DNA of 64,000 nt, taken from an uncultured bacterium (lineage in GTDB: Bacteria; Edwardsbacteria; AC1; EtOH8). Shown here one piece after another: positions 1 to 11,500 of the stretch. Position 1 is the stretch's first letter; the number at the start of each line of letters is the position of its first letter. The stretch covers positions 29,584 to 93,583 of the forward strand of contig CAZFJC010000009.1 in NCBI GenBank assembly GCA_964518765.1, in the 5' to 3' direction. The position numbers were made by a program, and so were the translations under genes. The notes under the pieces are model-generated. The model saw only the letters and a program-made list of their open reading frames with translations, had not been told where the DNA came from and did no database searches.

Positions 1-229
1 ATCAACATCAAGGAGACCATCTGGCCCATACACGGGGCGCTAGCCCAGCACGCCGCCAAAAACCACCGGTTGGCCGAGGCCCTGGAGCATTACCGGCAGG
101 TCCTGGCCATATTCAAGCAGTCGTGCCGCAACATCAATCAGCCCGAGCTAAAGAACTGCTACCTGTTCGAACCCAGGCGGCGCCAGCTGCTGCGGGACAT
201 CAAAAAGCTGAGGCAGGAGGTTTCCAAGA

Positions 230-246
<17 letters not shown>
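1..246 (+). CDS. 3' fragment of an unidentified protein-coding gene; its stop overlaps the next gene
   Basis: Open frame from the window edge to a TAG at 244-246; no recognisable motifs. Confidence 0.3.
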
Positions 247-1891
<1,645 letters not shown>

Positions 1892-1946
1892 CCTCCCATC
1901 TGCCCCTTGTCCCGCTCCTGACGGGCTGCCGTCCGTCCGGGCCAAG

Positions 1947-1982
1947 AAAAAGGGCCGGACCTCGACCGGCCCCTACGCTTTT
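1947..1982. terminator. GC hairpin GGGCCGG-N7-CCGGCCC flanked by an A-run and a T-run, between convergent genes (bidirectional terminator candidate)
   Basis: Perfect 7-bp stem at about 1952-1972; AAAAA upstream and TTTT downstream. Confidence 0.5.
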
Positions 1983-1994
1983 AAAGCGGCCAAG

Positions 1995-2627
1995 CTACGG
2001 CATTTTTATGGTGATCGACTTGATGGTCACGTTCTTCAGCGGCCGGTCCCTGGCATCCCGCGGCTGCTTGGCGATCTTGTCCACCACGTCCATTCCCGCC
2101 ACCACCTTGCCGAAGGGGATGAATCCCATGGCGTCCAGCCGGGCGCATTTGTCGTCCAGGTTGATGAAGAACTGCATGTCGGACTGGCTGTCGATGGGCT
2201 GCATCCGGGACGACGAAGCCATGGAGACCGTCCCCCGCAGGTTGGATAGCTTGCGCGGCTCGGCGTCCATCCTCTCCCCGCCGAAGCCATCGTTGGCCGG
2301 GTCGTTGTCCTTGGACAGCGGGTCGCCGCCCTGGATGACGAAGCCGGGCACCAAACGATGGAAGGTAGTGCCGTCGAACTCCTTGGCCAAAACCTTGTTG
2401 ACGAAGTTGGTGACCGTCTTGGGAGCGTCCTTGGGGTACAGTTCGATCTCGATCTGCCCGAAATCTGTATCCAGGATTACGGTCGGCTTTTCCATGATCT
2501 TCTGCATGTCCGGCTGGGCGGCCGAAGTCTGGCTTCCAGCCTGCTGCTTGGCGGCCTCCTCCTGCTGGCAGGCGGCCAAACCGATGGCCAGGACGATGGC
2601 CACAACGATCGATAACCCGTTCTTCAT
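1995..2627 (-). CDS. cyclophilin-type peptidyl-prolyl cis-trans isomerase, lipoprotein
   Basis: FHRLVPGFVIQGGDP cyclophilin motif; lipobox LAAC; SD AAGGAGGG before the ATG at 2627, so the ORF-track start (2756) is too long. Confidence 0.85.
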   Translation of the reverse strand: MKNGLSIVVAIVLAIGLAACQQEEAAKQQAGSQTSAAQPDMQKIMEKPTVILDTDFGQIEIELYPKDAPKTVTNFVNKVLAKEFDGTTFHRLVPGFVIQGGDPLSKDNDPANDGFGGERMDAEPRKLSNLRGTVSMASSSRMQPIDSQSDMQFFINLDDKCARLDAMGFIPFGKVVAGMDVVDKIAKQPRDARDRPLKNVTIKSITIKMP

Positions 2628-2713
2628 GATCCCTCCTTTTTGATGCATAGAAAAGCCCCGAGCGATTCCCGAGCCTGCCGTGGGATGGTCGTTCGGGGCG
2701 ATTTTAACCGGAT

Positions 2714-3529
2714 TTACTGGTTCTTGAGGCTGAAGGTGATCGGATACATGACCCAAACCCTGGTGGCCTTGCCTCCCGGGGCGATGGCTGGGGTGAAGAG
2801 CACGGTCTTGCCGGCCTCCAGTGCGGCCTCGTCCAGCACCGGATTGCCGGAGCTCTTGGCCAGTTCCACCCGCATCACTCGCCCATCGATGTCCAGTAGC
2901 AGCTGCAGATAGACCCGACCCTCGGCCTGGGCCCGCTTGGCTATTTCCGGATACTCCACCTTAGCATGTCGGATGACCTCCGGGTTCTTTTCCACCGCCA
3001 CGAAGGCGGTCCGGTCGGGTATGGCCGCGTCCACCACCATGGCGCCGGTTGCCCCCATATCGCCCGAGGTGGCGGCTCCGGCCGAGATGGCACCCAGCTC
3101 CGACTGGGTGGCCGCGGCTTCATCCACCGCCTGGTCGTCGGGTACCGGCGTAGGAATGCCCACCGTCGGGGCCGCCCCGGCCGCCCCGGCCACTTGGACC
3201 TGCTCCACCGAGGAGCCCGTCAGGGACGGCGGCGCCCCCAGCTGGCTGTAGGTGATGCGGACCATGGGCGCCTCCACCGGCGGCTTGTGGGACTCGATGT
3301 AAGCCCCGATGGCCAGGTAGCTCAGTCCACCCAAAACGATGGCCAGCCCGCCGACCAGGGTTATGAACAGCGACTTCTTGAGGTTCAGGGGCATGATCAC
3401 CTTTGAGCCCTTGACCCCGAAGCCCACCTCCGCCGTTTGGCGCGATTGGACCAGGACCACTATGGAGGCGATCAGGATTCCCACCAGGGAGCCGATCACC
3501 GGCAGGAAAATGTCTATGTTAGGCGACAT
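2714..3529 (-). CDS. tonB: energy transducer TonB (N-terminal TM anchor, Pro/Ala-rich linker, TonB_C domain)
   Basis: N-terminal hydrophobic anchor; C-terminal GRVYLQLLLDIDGRV...GGKATRVWVMYPITF is TonB_C-like. Confidence 0.8.
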   Translation of the reverse strand: MSPNIDIFLPVIGSLVGILIASIVVLVQSRQTAEVGFGVKGSKVIMPLNLKKSLFITLVGGLAIVLGGLSYLAIGAYIESHKPPVEAPMVRITYSQLGAPPSLTGSSVEQVQVAGAAGAAPTVGIPTPVPDDQAVDEAAATQSELGAISAGAATSGDMGATGAMVVDAAIPDRTAFVAVEKNPEVIRHAKVEYPEIAKRAQAEGRVYLQLLLDIDGRVMRVELAKSSGNPVLDEAALEAGKTVLFTPAIAPGGKATRVWVMYPITFSLKNQ

Positions 3530-3530
3530 C

Positions 3531-4241
3531 CTACCTCCCTCCTCTCTGCGGCGGTTTCTTGGGCCGGAGGTCCTTGACCGCCACTCCCTTCTTCAGGGCC
3601 TCCTCCACCAGCTTTAACTCCTCCTCCTTCTGCTCCACGATGGCGAAGCGGGCGATCTGGTTCTGCTGGATGGCGTCCATAGCGGCCACCACCTTGTCGT
3701 ACTGGCTGAGGCGGTTGACCTGGACCAGCACCGTGAACCGGCAGATCTTCTCGTCGCGCACCCGCTCCATGCTATCGCGGACGGTCTTGGGGATGTCCTT
3801 GGGCATGGCCTCGAAACGCTTGAGGAATTCCTCGCCCGATTCGTAGAACACCTGGGTGCGCCCGTCGATGTGCTGGGGCTGCTTCTTGATGTTGGCCAGT
3901 TTGGCTCGGGCCAGCAGCGAATCGAGCGAATCGACCTCTACCGGCTTGGGCGGGTCAACCGCCATGTTCTGGAGTATGGTCCCGTCCGGCATGATGTTCA
4001 GGATCATGACGCTGGATTCGGGGACCCCCTTCTCGGTGCCCTCCGGGTTCTCCGGCGGCAGGGTGATCTCGATGGCCTGGGGCTCCCGGAACCGGGTGGT
4101 GGTCATAAAGAAGATCACCAGCAGGAATCCGATGTCCACCATCGGAGTCATATCCAGAATGATGTTGGGCTTTCCCTTCCTTTTATGGAGGCCGCCTTTC
4201 TTTTTACCGCCCTCGGGGGCCCCCATGTCTACTGCGCCCAT
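3531..4241 (-). CDS. exbD: ExbD/TolR family biopolymer transport protein (second copy, long C-terminal extension)
   Basis: IILDMTPMVDIGFLLVIFFM signature; GGGAGG SD before the ATG at about 4241, which avoids overlap with the upstream exbD. Confidence 0.8.
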   Translation of the reverse strand: MGAVDMGAPEGGKKKGGLHKRKGKPNIILDMTPMVDIGFLLVIFFMTTTRFREPQAIEITLPPENPEGTEKGVPESSVMILNIMPDGTILQNMAVDPPKPVEVDSLDSLLARAKLANIKKQPQHIDGRTQVFYESGEEFLKRFEAMPKDIPKTVRDSMERVRDEKICRFTVLVQVNRLSQYDKVVAAMDAIQQNQIARFAIVEQKEEELKLVEEALKKGVAVKDLRPKKPPQRGGR

Positions 4242-4245
4242 GCCG

Positions 4246-5016
4246 TCACCTCCCTTCCTCGCCAAACACCGGCTTGGCACCAGCTTTCAGGTTGGTCACC
4301 AGGCTGAACCTGAGCATGTTGACGTCCTTCTTCTGTAGGATGGCCGTCAGGTCAAGCATTTTGCCCGATTGGCATTTCTTGTCCACCATCAGCACCATCA
4401 TCATCTTGGGATTGCGCATACGCTCGTCAACGATGGTCCGGGCCAGGTCTGCCAGCGGCAGCGGCTGGGCCGCCTCCTTGTCGGTGTAGTACCAAATTAC
4501 CATGCTGTCCACCCGGGCGGTGTACTGTTCCGGGGTAATCGAGGCCGTCTCCTGTTTGGCCGCCCGATTGATGAAGTTGCCCGGCCGCTGCACCTCCTTG
4601 ATGGCCAGCTCGGCCGCCCGGCCCCGTGACAGCGGTTTTCCCGGTGCCCCCACCACGTCTTTAAGCAGTTCCAGGGAGCCCAGGGAGATAATGGTCCCTC
4701 TGGCCTTTAGACCTTCCACCGAGAGGTCGGGCTCGGACGAGACCTCACGGATATCGTTGATCAGGGCCAGCAAACTGGTGGGACCGATGCTGTCAGCCAG
4801 CTCTTTGGCCTGGTCCGGATTGAGCACGTTGATCACCATGACGTTGGACTCGGGCACCTTGAAGGGCGACCTTGAGTCCGGCAACTCTACGCTGACCGTG
4901 GTCGGCGGCCTGGCATGGTAGGTGGACATGAAGAAGATCACCAGCAGGAAGGCGATGTCAACCATCGGGGTCATATCCAGGATGATCCTGGCCCGACGTT
5001 TCATCTTCACCGCCAT
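4246..5016 (-). CDS. exbD: ExbD/TolR family biopolymer transport protein (first copy)
   Basis: RIILDMTPMVDIAFLLVIFFMST N-terminal signature. Confidence 0.85.
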   Translation of the reverse strand: MAVKMKRRARIILDMTPMVDIAFLLVIFFMSTYHARPPTTVSVELPDSRSPFKVPESNVMVINVLNPDQAKELADSIGPTSLLALINDIREVSSEPDLSVEGLKARGTIISLGSLELLKDVVGAPGKPLSRGRAAELAIKEVQRPGNFINRAAKQETASITPEQYTARVDSMVIWYYTDKEAAQPLPLADLARTIVDERMRNPKMMMVLMVDKKCQSGKMLDLTAILQKKDVNMLRFSLVTNLKAGAKPVFGEEGR

Positions 5017-5017
5017 G

Positions 5018-5839
5018 TTATTTTTCTCCTATCACCAAGAGTTGGGTCATTTCGTAGACCGCCTCATCGGTTCCGAACTGGAACTGGGAGACCTTGTTCA
5101 TAAAGTAGTTGTTGGCCACGATGCCGCCGATGCCGTTGAAGAGGCCGCCGGCGGTGTTGATCAGAGCCTCGGAGATGCCCCGGGCCAGCTCCCCGGCGTC
5201 GGGGGCCCCAGCGTGGGCCATAGCCTGGAAGGCTCGAATCATGCCGATGGTGGTCCCGGTCAATCCGACCATGGTGCCAATGGAGGCGATGGTGGTCAGC
5301 ATGATCAGGTTCCTCTCCAAGAGCGGGGTCTCCAGCATGTTGGCCTCCTCGATGGCCCGCTGCAGCTCGGCCGTTTTCTTGTCCTGGCTGAGGTTGGAGT
5401 TCTGCAGGGCCAGATACTTCTCCAGCCCGGCCCGCAGCACGTTGGCGGTGGATCCCTTCTGCTGGTCGCAGGCCTCGATGGCCAGGGTGATGTTGCCGGC
5501 CCTCAGGTGCTCCCGGAACTCCTGCATGAAGACCGAGATGGGCTTGGCACCCCGGGCTCGTCCAATAGTCAGGGAGCGCTCGATGATGTAGGTGATCAGC
5601 AGAATCAGCAGGAGGATGAGGACGATGACCACCGGCCCCCCTTTCTGGATGTAGTCCGGCAGGGTCTTGAAGATGACGAAGGCCACCACCAGGCCGACCA
5701 CGTAGAGCAGGAAGGTAATTACCCCAGTTTTTTTGGAGAAGGCCAGGGCCAGCCCTAATCCCAGGGCCAGCACCGCGGGCAGGACGCCCATGATCAGGAT
5801 CTTCACTGGCATGGCCGCGTTGACGAGTTCCTTTAACAT
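5018..5839 (-). CDS. exbB: MotA/TolQ/ExbB proton-channel protein
   Basis: Three TM helices; GLTGTTIGMIRAF motif; AGGAGG SD. Confidence 0.9.
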   Translation of the reverse strand: MLKELVNAAMPVKILIMGVLPAVLALGLGLALAFSKKTGVITFLLYVVGLVVAFVIFKTLPDYIQKGGPVVIVLILLLILLITYIIERSLTIGRARGAKPISVFMQEFREHLRAGNITLAIEACDQQKGSTANVLRAGLEKYLALQNSNLSQDKKTAELQRAIEEANMLETPLLERNLIMLTTIASIGTMVGLTGTTIGMIRAFQAMAHAGAPDAGELARGISEALINTAGGLFNGIGGIVANNYFMNKVSQFQFGTDEAVYEMTQLLVIGEK

Positions 5840-5933
5840 CGCTTCAATGTTCCTCCTAGCTGTTGGTTTTGGAATTAGTGGCTCTGGGTAGAGCCGGTTT
5901 TTTATTGATTGGTTCGCTCCCGATGGCGTCGGG

Positions 5934-7415
5934 TCACCAGACCTCGATCTTGGGCTTCATGGCCTGCTCCAGCTCCCGAGCCGTCCGGTTGCCCGGATCC
6001 TTCTTGCGGATCTCGGCGATCATGGCCTTGGCCTTGGCGATATAGCCCCGGTCATTGAACTTCTGCCCGATGAAGACGTAGTGCTGGGCGATGGCCTCCA
6101 GTGGCTGGATCCTGTCCGGGGCCAGCTTCCTGGCTTCCTCGAAGGCCTGCACCGCCTGCAGGTAAAGCGATTTGGCCTCGGAGCCGGCCGATTTCAGCCT
6201 CTGGCCCTTGAGCGAGTAGCTGTAGCCCAGGTTCATGTACACCCCGTAGGCGGTCCTGGGATTGACCTTGATCCTTTTCTGATACCACTCGATGGCCTTG
6301 TCGTAGTCCCCACTCATATAATAGGCGGTCCCCATAACATAGTAGGTGTCCTCGACCTTGGCCGGGTCCAGCTCACAGCGCTTCTCGTAGCAGACGATGG
6401 CCTGGCTCAGGTACTCCTTGGCCCGCACCGTGTCCTTGGCCTCCTGCAGGGCGCCGGCCGCCTTGACGTACACCTGCCCAGCCTCGAACCAGCGGTCGGC
6501 GTCAACCGGCGACAGGTTCAGGGCCTTCTGGAAGGCCTCCAGTGACTGGGGGTACATCTTGCCGTCTCGATAGAAGGTGGCCAGAATGTACCAGGCCCCG
6601 TCGTTATTGGGATCGATGCGCACCGCCTTCTCGGCTACGGCGATGCCCTCGCGGAACAGGGTGGTGTCCTTTTGCATCTGGTAGGCCTTGGCCAGCAGGA
6701 AGTATCCCGCCGCCTCCCTGGGCTCCAGCTCGGTGTAGCGTTTGAAATGGGATGCCGCCTCCTGATATTTGCCCGTCTCGAAATAGACGTTGCCCAGGTC
6801 GATGTGGGCATCGGCCAGGTTGGGGTCCAGCTGCAGGGCCCTCTGATACTCGGACATGGCATCGGACATCATCCGCTTACGGTAGGAGAGGTTGGCTAGC
6901 CCGTTGTGAGCCGCGGCGTTGTTGGGGTCCATCTGCAACACCTGGCGGAAGGATTCGCCGGCCGTGTTCAGGTCGCCCTTGTCCAGCATCACCTTACCCA
7001 GCCGGTAGCGGAGGTCGGGATCGTTGGGGTTCTTCTGCAGCAGCTGGTTATAGAGCTGCTGGGCCTCGTCCAGCTTCCCGGCCCGGTGATAGACCCTGGC
7101 CAGGGTGCGCTGGGCCTCGGAATGCTTGTACTGGACCGCCACCTTGAGATGGCCGATGGCTTCGTCGTACATCCCCCTGTCGGCGTAGAGCCTGGCCAGC
7201 AGTAACTGGGCCTCCTTGAGCTTGGGCTTGGCGGCCAGCGCCTGCTTAAGGAGGTCGATGGCCTGGTCCGGTTTGTCCGAACGGTCGGCGGCGATCGCCT
7301 GCTGGTAAAGGTCCTCGGCCTTGGGCTTAGCCGCCTCCACCGAATGGGCGCAGCCTAATGCTAGAGCGGCCGCCCAACAGGAGATTATCAGGATCCTCAT
7401 CAGCCTCTTGTGCAT
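5934..7415 (-). CDS. TPR-repeat lipoprotein (periplasmic or outer-membrane associated)
   Basis: Signal and lipobox LALGCA; many 34-residue TPR repeats (Y/A/L/G pattern). Confidence 0.8.
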   Translation of the reverse strand: MHKRLMRILIISCWAAALALGCAHSVEAAKPKAEDLYQQAIAADRSDKPDQAIDLLKQALAAKPKLKEAQLLLARLYADRGMYDEAIGHLKVAVQYKHSEAQRTLARVYHRAGKLDEAQQLYNQLLQKNPNDPDLRYRLGKVMLDKGDLNTAGESFRQVLQMDPNNAAAHNGLANLSYRKRMMSDAMSEYQRALQLDPNLADAHIDLGNVYFETGKYQEAASHFKRYTELEPREAAGYFLLAKAYQMQKDTTLFREGIAVAEKAVRIDPNNDGAWYILATFYRDGKMYPQSLEAFQKALNLSPVDADRWFEAGQVYVKAAGALQEAKDTVRAKEYLSQAIVCYEKRCELDPAKVEDTYYVMGTAYYMSGDYDKAIEWYQKRIKVNPRTAYGVYMNLGYSYSLKGQRLKSAGSEAKSLYLQAVQAFEEARKLAPDRIQPLEAIAQHYVFIGQKFNDRGYIAKAKAMIAEIRKKDPGNRTARELEQAMKPKIEVW

Positions 7416-7442
7416 CTTGCCTTCCTTTATATTGATATTGCG

Positions 7443-8378
7443 TTACTGCTTGATAATCACCGGCATGGTGGCCGGGACCAATCCTTGCTGTGCCACCAGC
7501 TTCTGCCCCTCGGCCGAGGAAACGAAGGAGATGAAACCGTTGGCCAGGCTTGACATGCCCTGGCTGAAGGTCTTCTCCACCGTCTCGTTGACGTACAGGT
7601 AGACCGGCCTGGTCAGGGGGTATTCGCCCTCGTTGACCGTCTTCTGGTTGGGCGGCACATAACCCCGCTCCCTGCCGAAACCGATACTGACCGCCCTGAT
7701 GCCTTTTTCCCGGACAGGAGGCCAGGTGTCCCAACTCTGGAAGAGGGCGGCCATGGTCACCAAACCCACCGCGCTGGGATGCTCCCTGACCAGCTCCACC
7801 GCCTGGGCGGTGGTGGAGCAGGGGTAGGACTTGGCGGCGAAATCGGCTCCTCTCAGCACCCGGTCACGGAAGAACTCGTAGCCGCCCAGGTTGGGGGCTG
7901 GATAAACCGGGACAATCTTGCCCGGCCTTCCTCCAACCTTTGACCAGTCGGCTATCCGGCCGCCGAAGATGCCGGCCAGTTGGTCGATATCCAACCTTTC
8001 GACCGTGTTCGATTTGTGAACGATGACCGCCAGCCCGTCGAGGGCGATCTTGTAGCCCTTGGGCTGGCCACCGTTGGCCCGGATGATGGAATCCTCCTGG
8101 GCCGTCAGCTCCCGGGTCATGACCGCGATGCGCGCCCGGCCATCGTTGAGGGCGGCAATGCCGGCCTTGGAGCCGCCGCCGTCTATCACGATCTCTGCCT
8201 TGGGGTAAAGCTGCATGAAAGCCTGGGACTGGCGACGCATTAGCTTCAAGGTTGCGTCGGATCCCTTGACCAGAATCCGACCCTGGGTCTGCGTCTCCTC
8301 AAGCTTCGGGGCCTGGGCTTGGCAGCCCAAGGCGGCCGCCGCCAGAAAAGCCAAGGTTAAGTTCTTAACTTCCCGCAT
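7443..8378 (-). CDS. PstS-family phosphate-binding periplasmic lipoprotein
   Basis: Lipobox LGCQA; GSDATLKLM...IVIDGGGSKAGIAAL type-2 PBP motifs; start at MREVKNL. Confidence 0.75.
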   Translation of the reverse strand: MREVKNLTLAFLAAAALGCQAQAPKLEETQTQGRILVKGSDATLKLMRRQSQAFMQLYPKAEIVIDGGGSKAGIAALNDGRARIAVMTRELTAQEDSIIRANGGQPKGYKIALDGLAVIVHKSNTVERLDIDQLAGIFGGRIADWSKVGGRPGKIVPVYPAPNLGGYEFFRDRVLRGADFAAKSYPCSTTAQAVELVREHPSAVGLVTMAALFQSWDTWPPVREKGIRAVSIGFGRERGYVPPNQKTVNEGEYPLTRPVYLYVNETVEKTFSQGMSSLANGFISFVSSAEGQKLVAQQGLVPATMPVIIKQ

Positions 8379-8391
8379 TTTCAACCTCTTA

Positions 8392-8420
8392 ATTATAAAA
8401 GCAATATTCCTGGTTGTCAA
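8392..8420 (-). promoter_or_regulatory. sigma70-like promoter TTGACA-N17-TATAAT (minus strand) just upstream of the PstS-like gene
   Basis: Exact consensus hexamers with 17-nt spacer; implies a very short leader. Confidence 0.4.
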
Positions 8421-8494
8421 GAGAAAATCATGCCTATTTTTATCGGTCCGCCGAAGACCGGGCTCCGGGCCGGGATGGGCCAAAAACACGGTAA

Positions 8495-8523
8495 TTGACA
8501 TGAGGCTATAAAGTTGGTATACT
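8495..8523 (+). promoter_or_regulatory. sigma70-like promoter TTGACA-N17-TATACT for uvrA
   Basis: Consensus -35, near-consensus -10, 17-nt spacer, about 90 nt upstream of the uvrA ATG. Confidence 0.5.
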
Positions 8524-8612
8524 TACGGATTGCCCCGTATTATCTACCGGCACCGGGGGACGAATATTCCGGGAAAATTGAGGATCAGCTGGAGGTCAGA
8601 TCGCACCGACCC

Positions 8613-11435
8613 ATGCCGCGCCAATCCATAATTATCAAGGGGGCCCGGGAGCATAACCTCAAGAACATCGATCTGGAGATACCCCGTGACCGGCTGGTGG
8701 TGATCACCGGCCTATCCGGATCGGGCAAGTCCTCCCTGGCCTTCGACACCATCTACGCCGAGGGTCAGCGCCGCTACGTGGAGTCGCTGTCGGCCTACGC
8801 CCGACAATTCCTGGGCCTGATGGAGAAGCCGGATGTAGACTTCATCGACGGCCTGTCGCCGGCCATCGCCATCGAGCAGCGCTCCGCCTCCAAGAACCCA
8901 CGCTCCACCGTGGGCACGGTCACCGAGATCCACGACTACCTGCGGCTGCTGTTCGCCCGGGTGGGCCGGCCCCACTGCCCCAAGTGCGGCCGCCCCATCA
9001 GCTCCCAGACGGTCCAACAGATCACCGACGACATCGTCTCCCGGCCCGAGGGCACTCGGGTCCAGATTCTGGCCCCCATGGTGCGCAGCCGCAAGGGCGA
9101 GTACCGGGAGCTTTTCGACCGCCTGCGCCGCCAGGGGTTCGTCCGCGCCCGGGTGGACGGCCATGCCGTCGAGGTGGACTCGGCCCCGGCCCTGGACAAA
9201 AACCGCAAGCACCGCATCGAGGCGGTGGTGGATCGGCTGACCCTGGGGCCTAAGTCCCAAAAAAGGGTGGCCGACTCGGTGGAGATCGCCCTGAAGCTTT
9301 CCGATGGCCTGGCCACCGCAGTCTACGATGATCGGGAGGAGGTCCTCTACTCCGAGAAGCTGGCCTGCCCCGAGTGTCAGGTGTCGCTGGGCGAGCTCTC
9401 GCCCCGGATGTTCTCCTTCAACAGCCCCTTCGGCGCCTGCCCGGCCTGCTCCGGCCTGGGCACCAAGATGGAGATCGACCCCGAGGCCCTGGTGCCCAAC
9501 CCCGACCTGACGGTCAACGAGGGGGCGGTCTCGGCCTGGGGCGACCCCATGAACCACTGGATCGGCACCCAGCTGGAGGCGGTGGCCGAAGCCTACGGCT
9601 TTTCTCTGGACACCCCCTGGAAGGACCTGCCCCCCAAGGCCCGGCAGATAATCCTAAACGGCACCGACCGGGAGATCAAGGTCCGCTACCAGTCCGAGGA
9701 CAGATCCAACGTCTACCAGTTCTCCCGCAAGTTCGAGGGCGCCATTCCCAACCTGATGCGCCGCTACCGGGAGACCGACTCCGACTATGTCCGCTACGAC
9801 ATCGAAAAGTACATGTCGGTCCAGCCCTGCCCGGCCTGCGGCGGCGCCCGGCTAAAGCCCGAATCCCTGGCCGTCAAGCTATCCGACCGCTCCATCCATG
9901 AGATTTCGCGGCTCTCGGTAAAGGAGGCTAAAAAATTCTTCGGCAACGGGCTAAAGCTTTCGGAGAAGGAACGGACCATCGCCCGCCAGGTGCTCAAGGA
10001 GATCAACGCCCGGCTGGGCTTCCTGTCCGACGTCGGGCTGGATTATTTGACATTGGACCGGTCGTCCGAATCCCTGGCCGGAGGCGAGGCCCAGCGCATC
10101 CACCTGGCCACCCAGATCGGGGCCTCGCTCACCGGGGTCCTCTACGTGCTGGACGAGCCGTCCATCGGCCTGCACCATCGGGACAACGTCCGCCTTTTAA
10201 ACACCCTGATGCGCCTGCGCGATCTGGGAAACACAGTGCTGGTGGTGGAGCACGATCGGGACACCATGCTGGCGGCCGACTGGCTGGTCGACCTGGGCCC
10301 CGGGGCCGGAGAGAAGGGCGGCCAGGTGGTGGTGGCCGGGCCGCCAAAAAAGGTGGTGGCCTGCCCCGAATCGCTGACCGGGCTCTACTTGGCCGGCAAG
10401 CGCAGCATTCCGGTCCCGAAGAAGAGGCGGCCCGGCCTGGGCAAGCACCTGGTGGTCTGCGGCGCCGCCGAGAATAATCTGAAAAAGATTGACGTCCCCT
10501 TCCCTTTGGGCAAGCTGGTCTGCGTCACCGGAGTCTCCGGATCGGGCAAGAGCACCCTGGTCAACGACATCCTCTATAGGGCTTTGGCCCAGCACCTGAA
10601 CCGCTCCCGCACTCAGCCTGGCAAACATTTACGGATCGACGGCCTGGAGCATATCGACAAGGTCATCAGCATCGACCAGAGCCCCATCGGCCGCACCCCG
10701 CGCTCCAACCCGGCCACCTACATAGGACTGTTCACCTACCTGCGCGAGCTGTTCTCGCTGACCCACGAGGCCAAGATGCGGGGCTACAAGGTGGGCCGGT
10801 TCTCCTTCAACGTCAAGGGCGGGCGCTGCGAGGCCTGCGAGGGCGACGGCATCGTCAAGATCGAGATGCACTTCCTGCCCGACGTCTACGTCCCCTGCGA
10901 AGTCTGCAAAGGCAAGCGCTATAACCGGGAGACCTTGGAGGTGCAGTACAAGGGCAAGAACATCTCCGAGGTGCTGGAGATGACGGTGGACCAGGCGGCC
11001 GAGTTCTTTGCCAACATCCCCAAGATCGCCAGAAAGCTTTCGACCCTGGCCGATGTCGGCCTGGGCTACATCCACCTGGGCCAGCCGGCCACCACCCTCT
11101 CCGGCGGCGAGGCCCAGCGGGTGAAGCTGTCGGCCGAGCTGTCCAAGATCGCCACCGGCCGCACCCTGTACATACTGGACGAGCCCACCACCGGCCTGCA
11201 CTTCGAGGACGTCAAGATGCTGCTGGCGGTGCTGCAGCGCCTGGCCGACAAGGGCAACACCGTCATCGTCATCGAGCACAACATGGACGTCATCAAGTCG
11301 GCCGACTGGATAGTGGACCTGGGGCCCGAGGGCGGGGACCAGGGCGGGACGGTGGTGGCCCAGGGAACGCCGGAGCAGGTGGCCGCCTGCGCGAAATCAT
11401 ACACCGGCCAGTACTTGAAGAAAGAATTGGCCTAG
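8613..11435 (+). CDS. uvrA: excinuclease ABC subunit A
   Basis: Two ABC ATPase modules ([20 protein letters not shown]), zinc-finger CxxC pairs, LSGGEAQR signatures; GGAGG SD before the ATG at 8613. Confidence 0.95.
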   Translation: MPRQSIIIKGAREHNLKNIDLEIPRDRLVVITGLSGSGKSSLAFDTIYAEGQRRYVESLSAYARQFLGLMEKPDVDFIDGLSPAIAIEQRSASKNPRSTVGTVTEIHDYLRLLFARVGRPHCPKCGRPISSQTVQQITDDIVSRPEGTRVQILAPMVRSRKGEYRELFDRLRRQGFVRARVDGHAVEVDSAPALDKNRKHRIEAVVDRLTLGPKSQKRVADSVEIALKLSDGLATAVYDDREEVLYSEKLACPECQVSLGELSPRMFSFNSPFGACPACSGLGTKMEIDPEALVPNPDLTVNEGAVSAWGDPMNHWIGTQLEAVAEAYGFSLDTPWKDLPPKARQIILNGTDREIKVRYQSEDRSNVYQFSRKFEGAIPNLMRRYRETDSDYVRYDIEKYMSVQPCPACGGARLKPESLAVKLSDRSIHEISRLSVKEAKKFFGNGLKLSEKERTIARQVLKEINARLGFLSDVGLDYLTLDRSSESLAGGEAQRIHLATQIGASLTGVLYVLDEPSIGLHHRDNVRLLNTLMRLRDLGNTVLVVEHDRDTMLAADWLVDLGPGAGEKGGQVVVAGPPKKVVACPESLTGLYLAGKRSIPVPKKRRPGLGKHLVVCGAAENNLKKIDVPFPLGKLVCVTGVSGSGKSTLVNDILYRALAQHLNRSRTQPGKHLRIDGLEHIDKVISIDQSPIGRTPRSNPATYIGLFTYLRELFSLTHEAKMRGYKVGRFSFNVKGGRCEACEGDGIVKIEMHFLPDVYVPCEVCKGKRYNRETLEVQYKGKNISEVLEMTVDQAAEFFANIPKIARKLSTLADVGLGYIHLGQPATTLSGGEAQRVKLSAELSKIATGRTLYILDEPTTGLHFEDVKMLLAVLQRLADKGNTVIVIEHNMDVIKSADWIVDLGPEGGDQGGTVVAQGTPEQVAACAKSYTGQYLKKELA

Positions 11436-11445
11436 TCGATCCCAA

Positions 11446-11491
11446 TAAAAACAGAGAGCTCCGCTTTAAGATGGAGTTCTCTCTGTTTTTT
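11446..11491. terminator. bidirectional rho-independent terminator between convergent uvrA and queG
   Basis: Stem ACAGAGAGCTCC / GGAGTTCTCTCTGT flanked by an A-run and TTTTTT. Confidence 0.7.
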
Positions 11492-11500
11492 CTTATGTTA

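Noticed and set aside
4266-4283. TGGCAC-N5-TTCA motif resembling a sigma54 -24 element
   Set aside because: The -12 TTGC is missing, and it lies on the plus strand inside the minus-strand exbD coding sequence.
5840-5933. GGCTCTGGGTAGAGCC hairpin followed by TTTTTTATTG between the TPR lipoprotein gene and exbB
   Set aside because: It has terminator-like geometry only on the plus strand, and no plus-strand gene ends there. On the minus strand the U-run precedes the stem. It is kept only as a possible antisense insulator and not reported as a feature.
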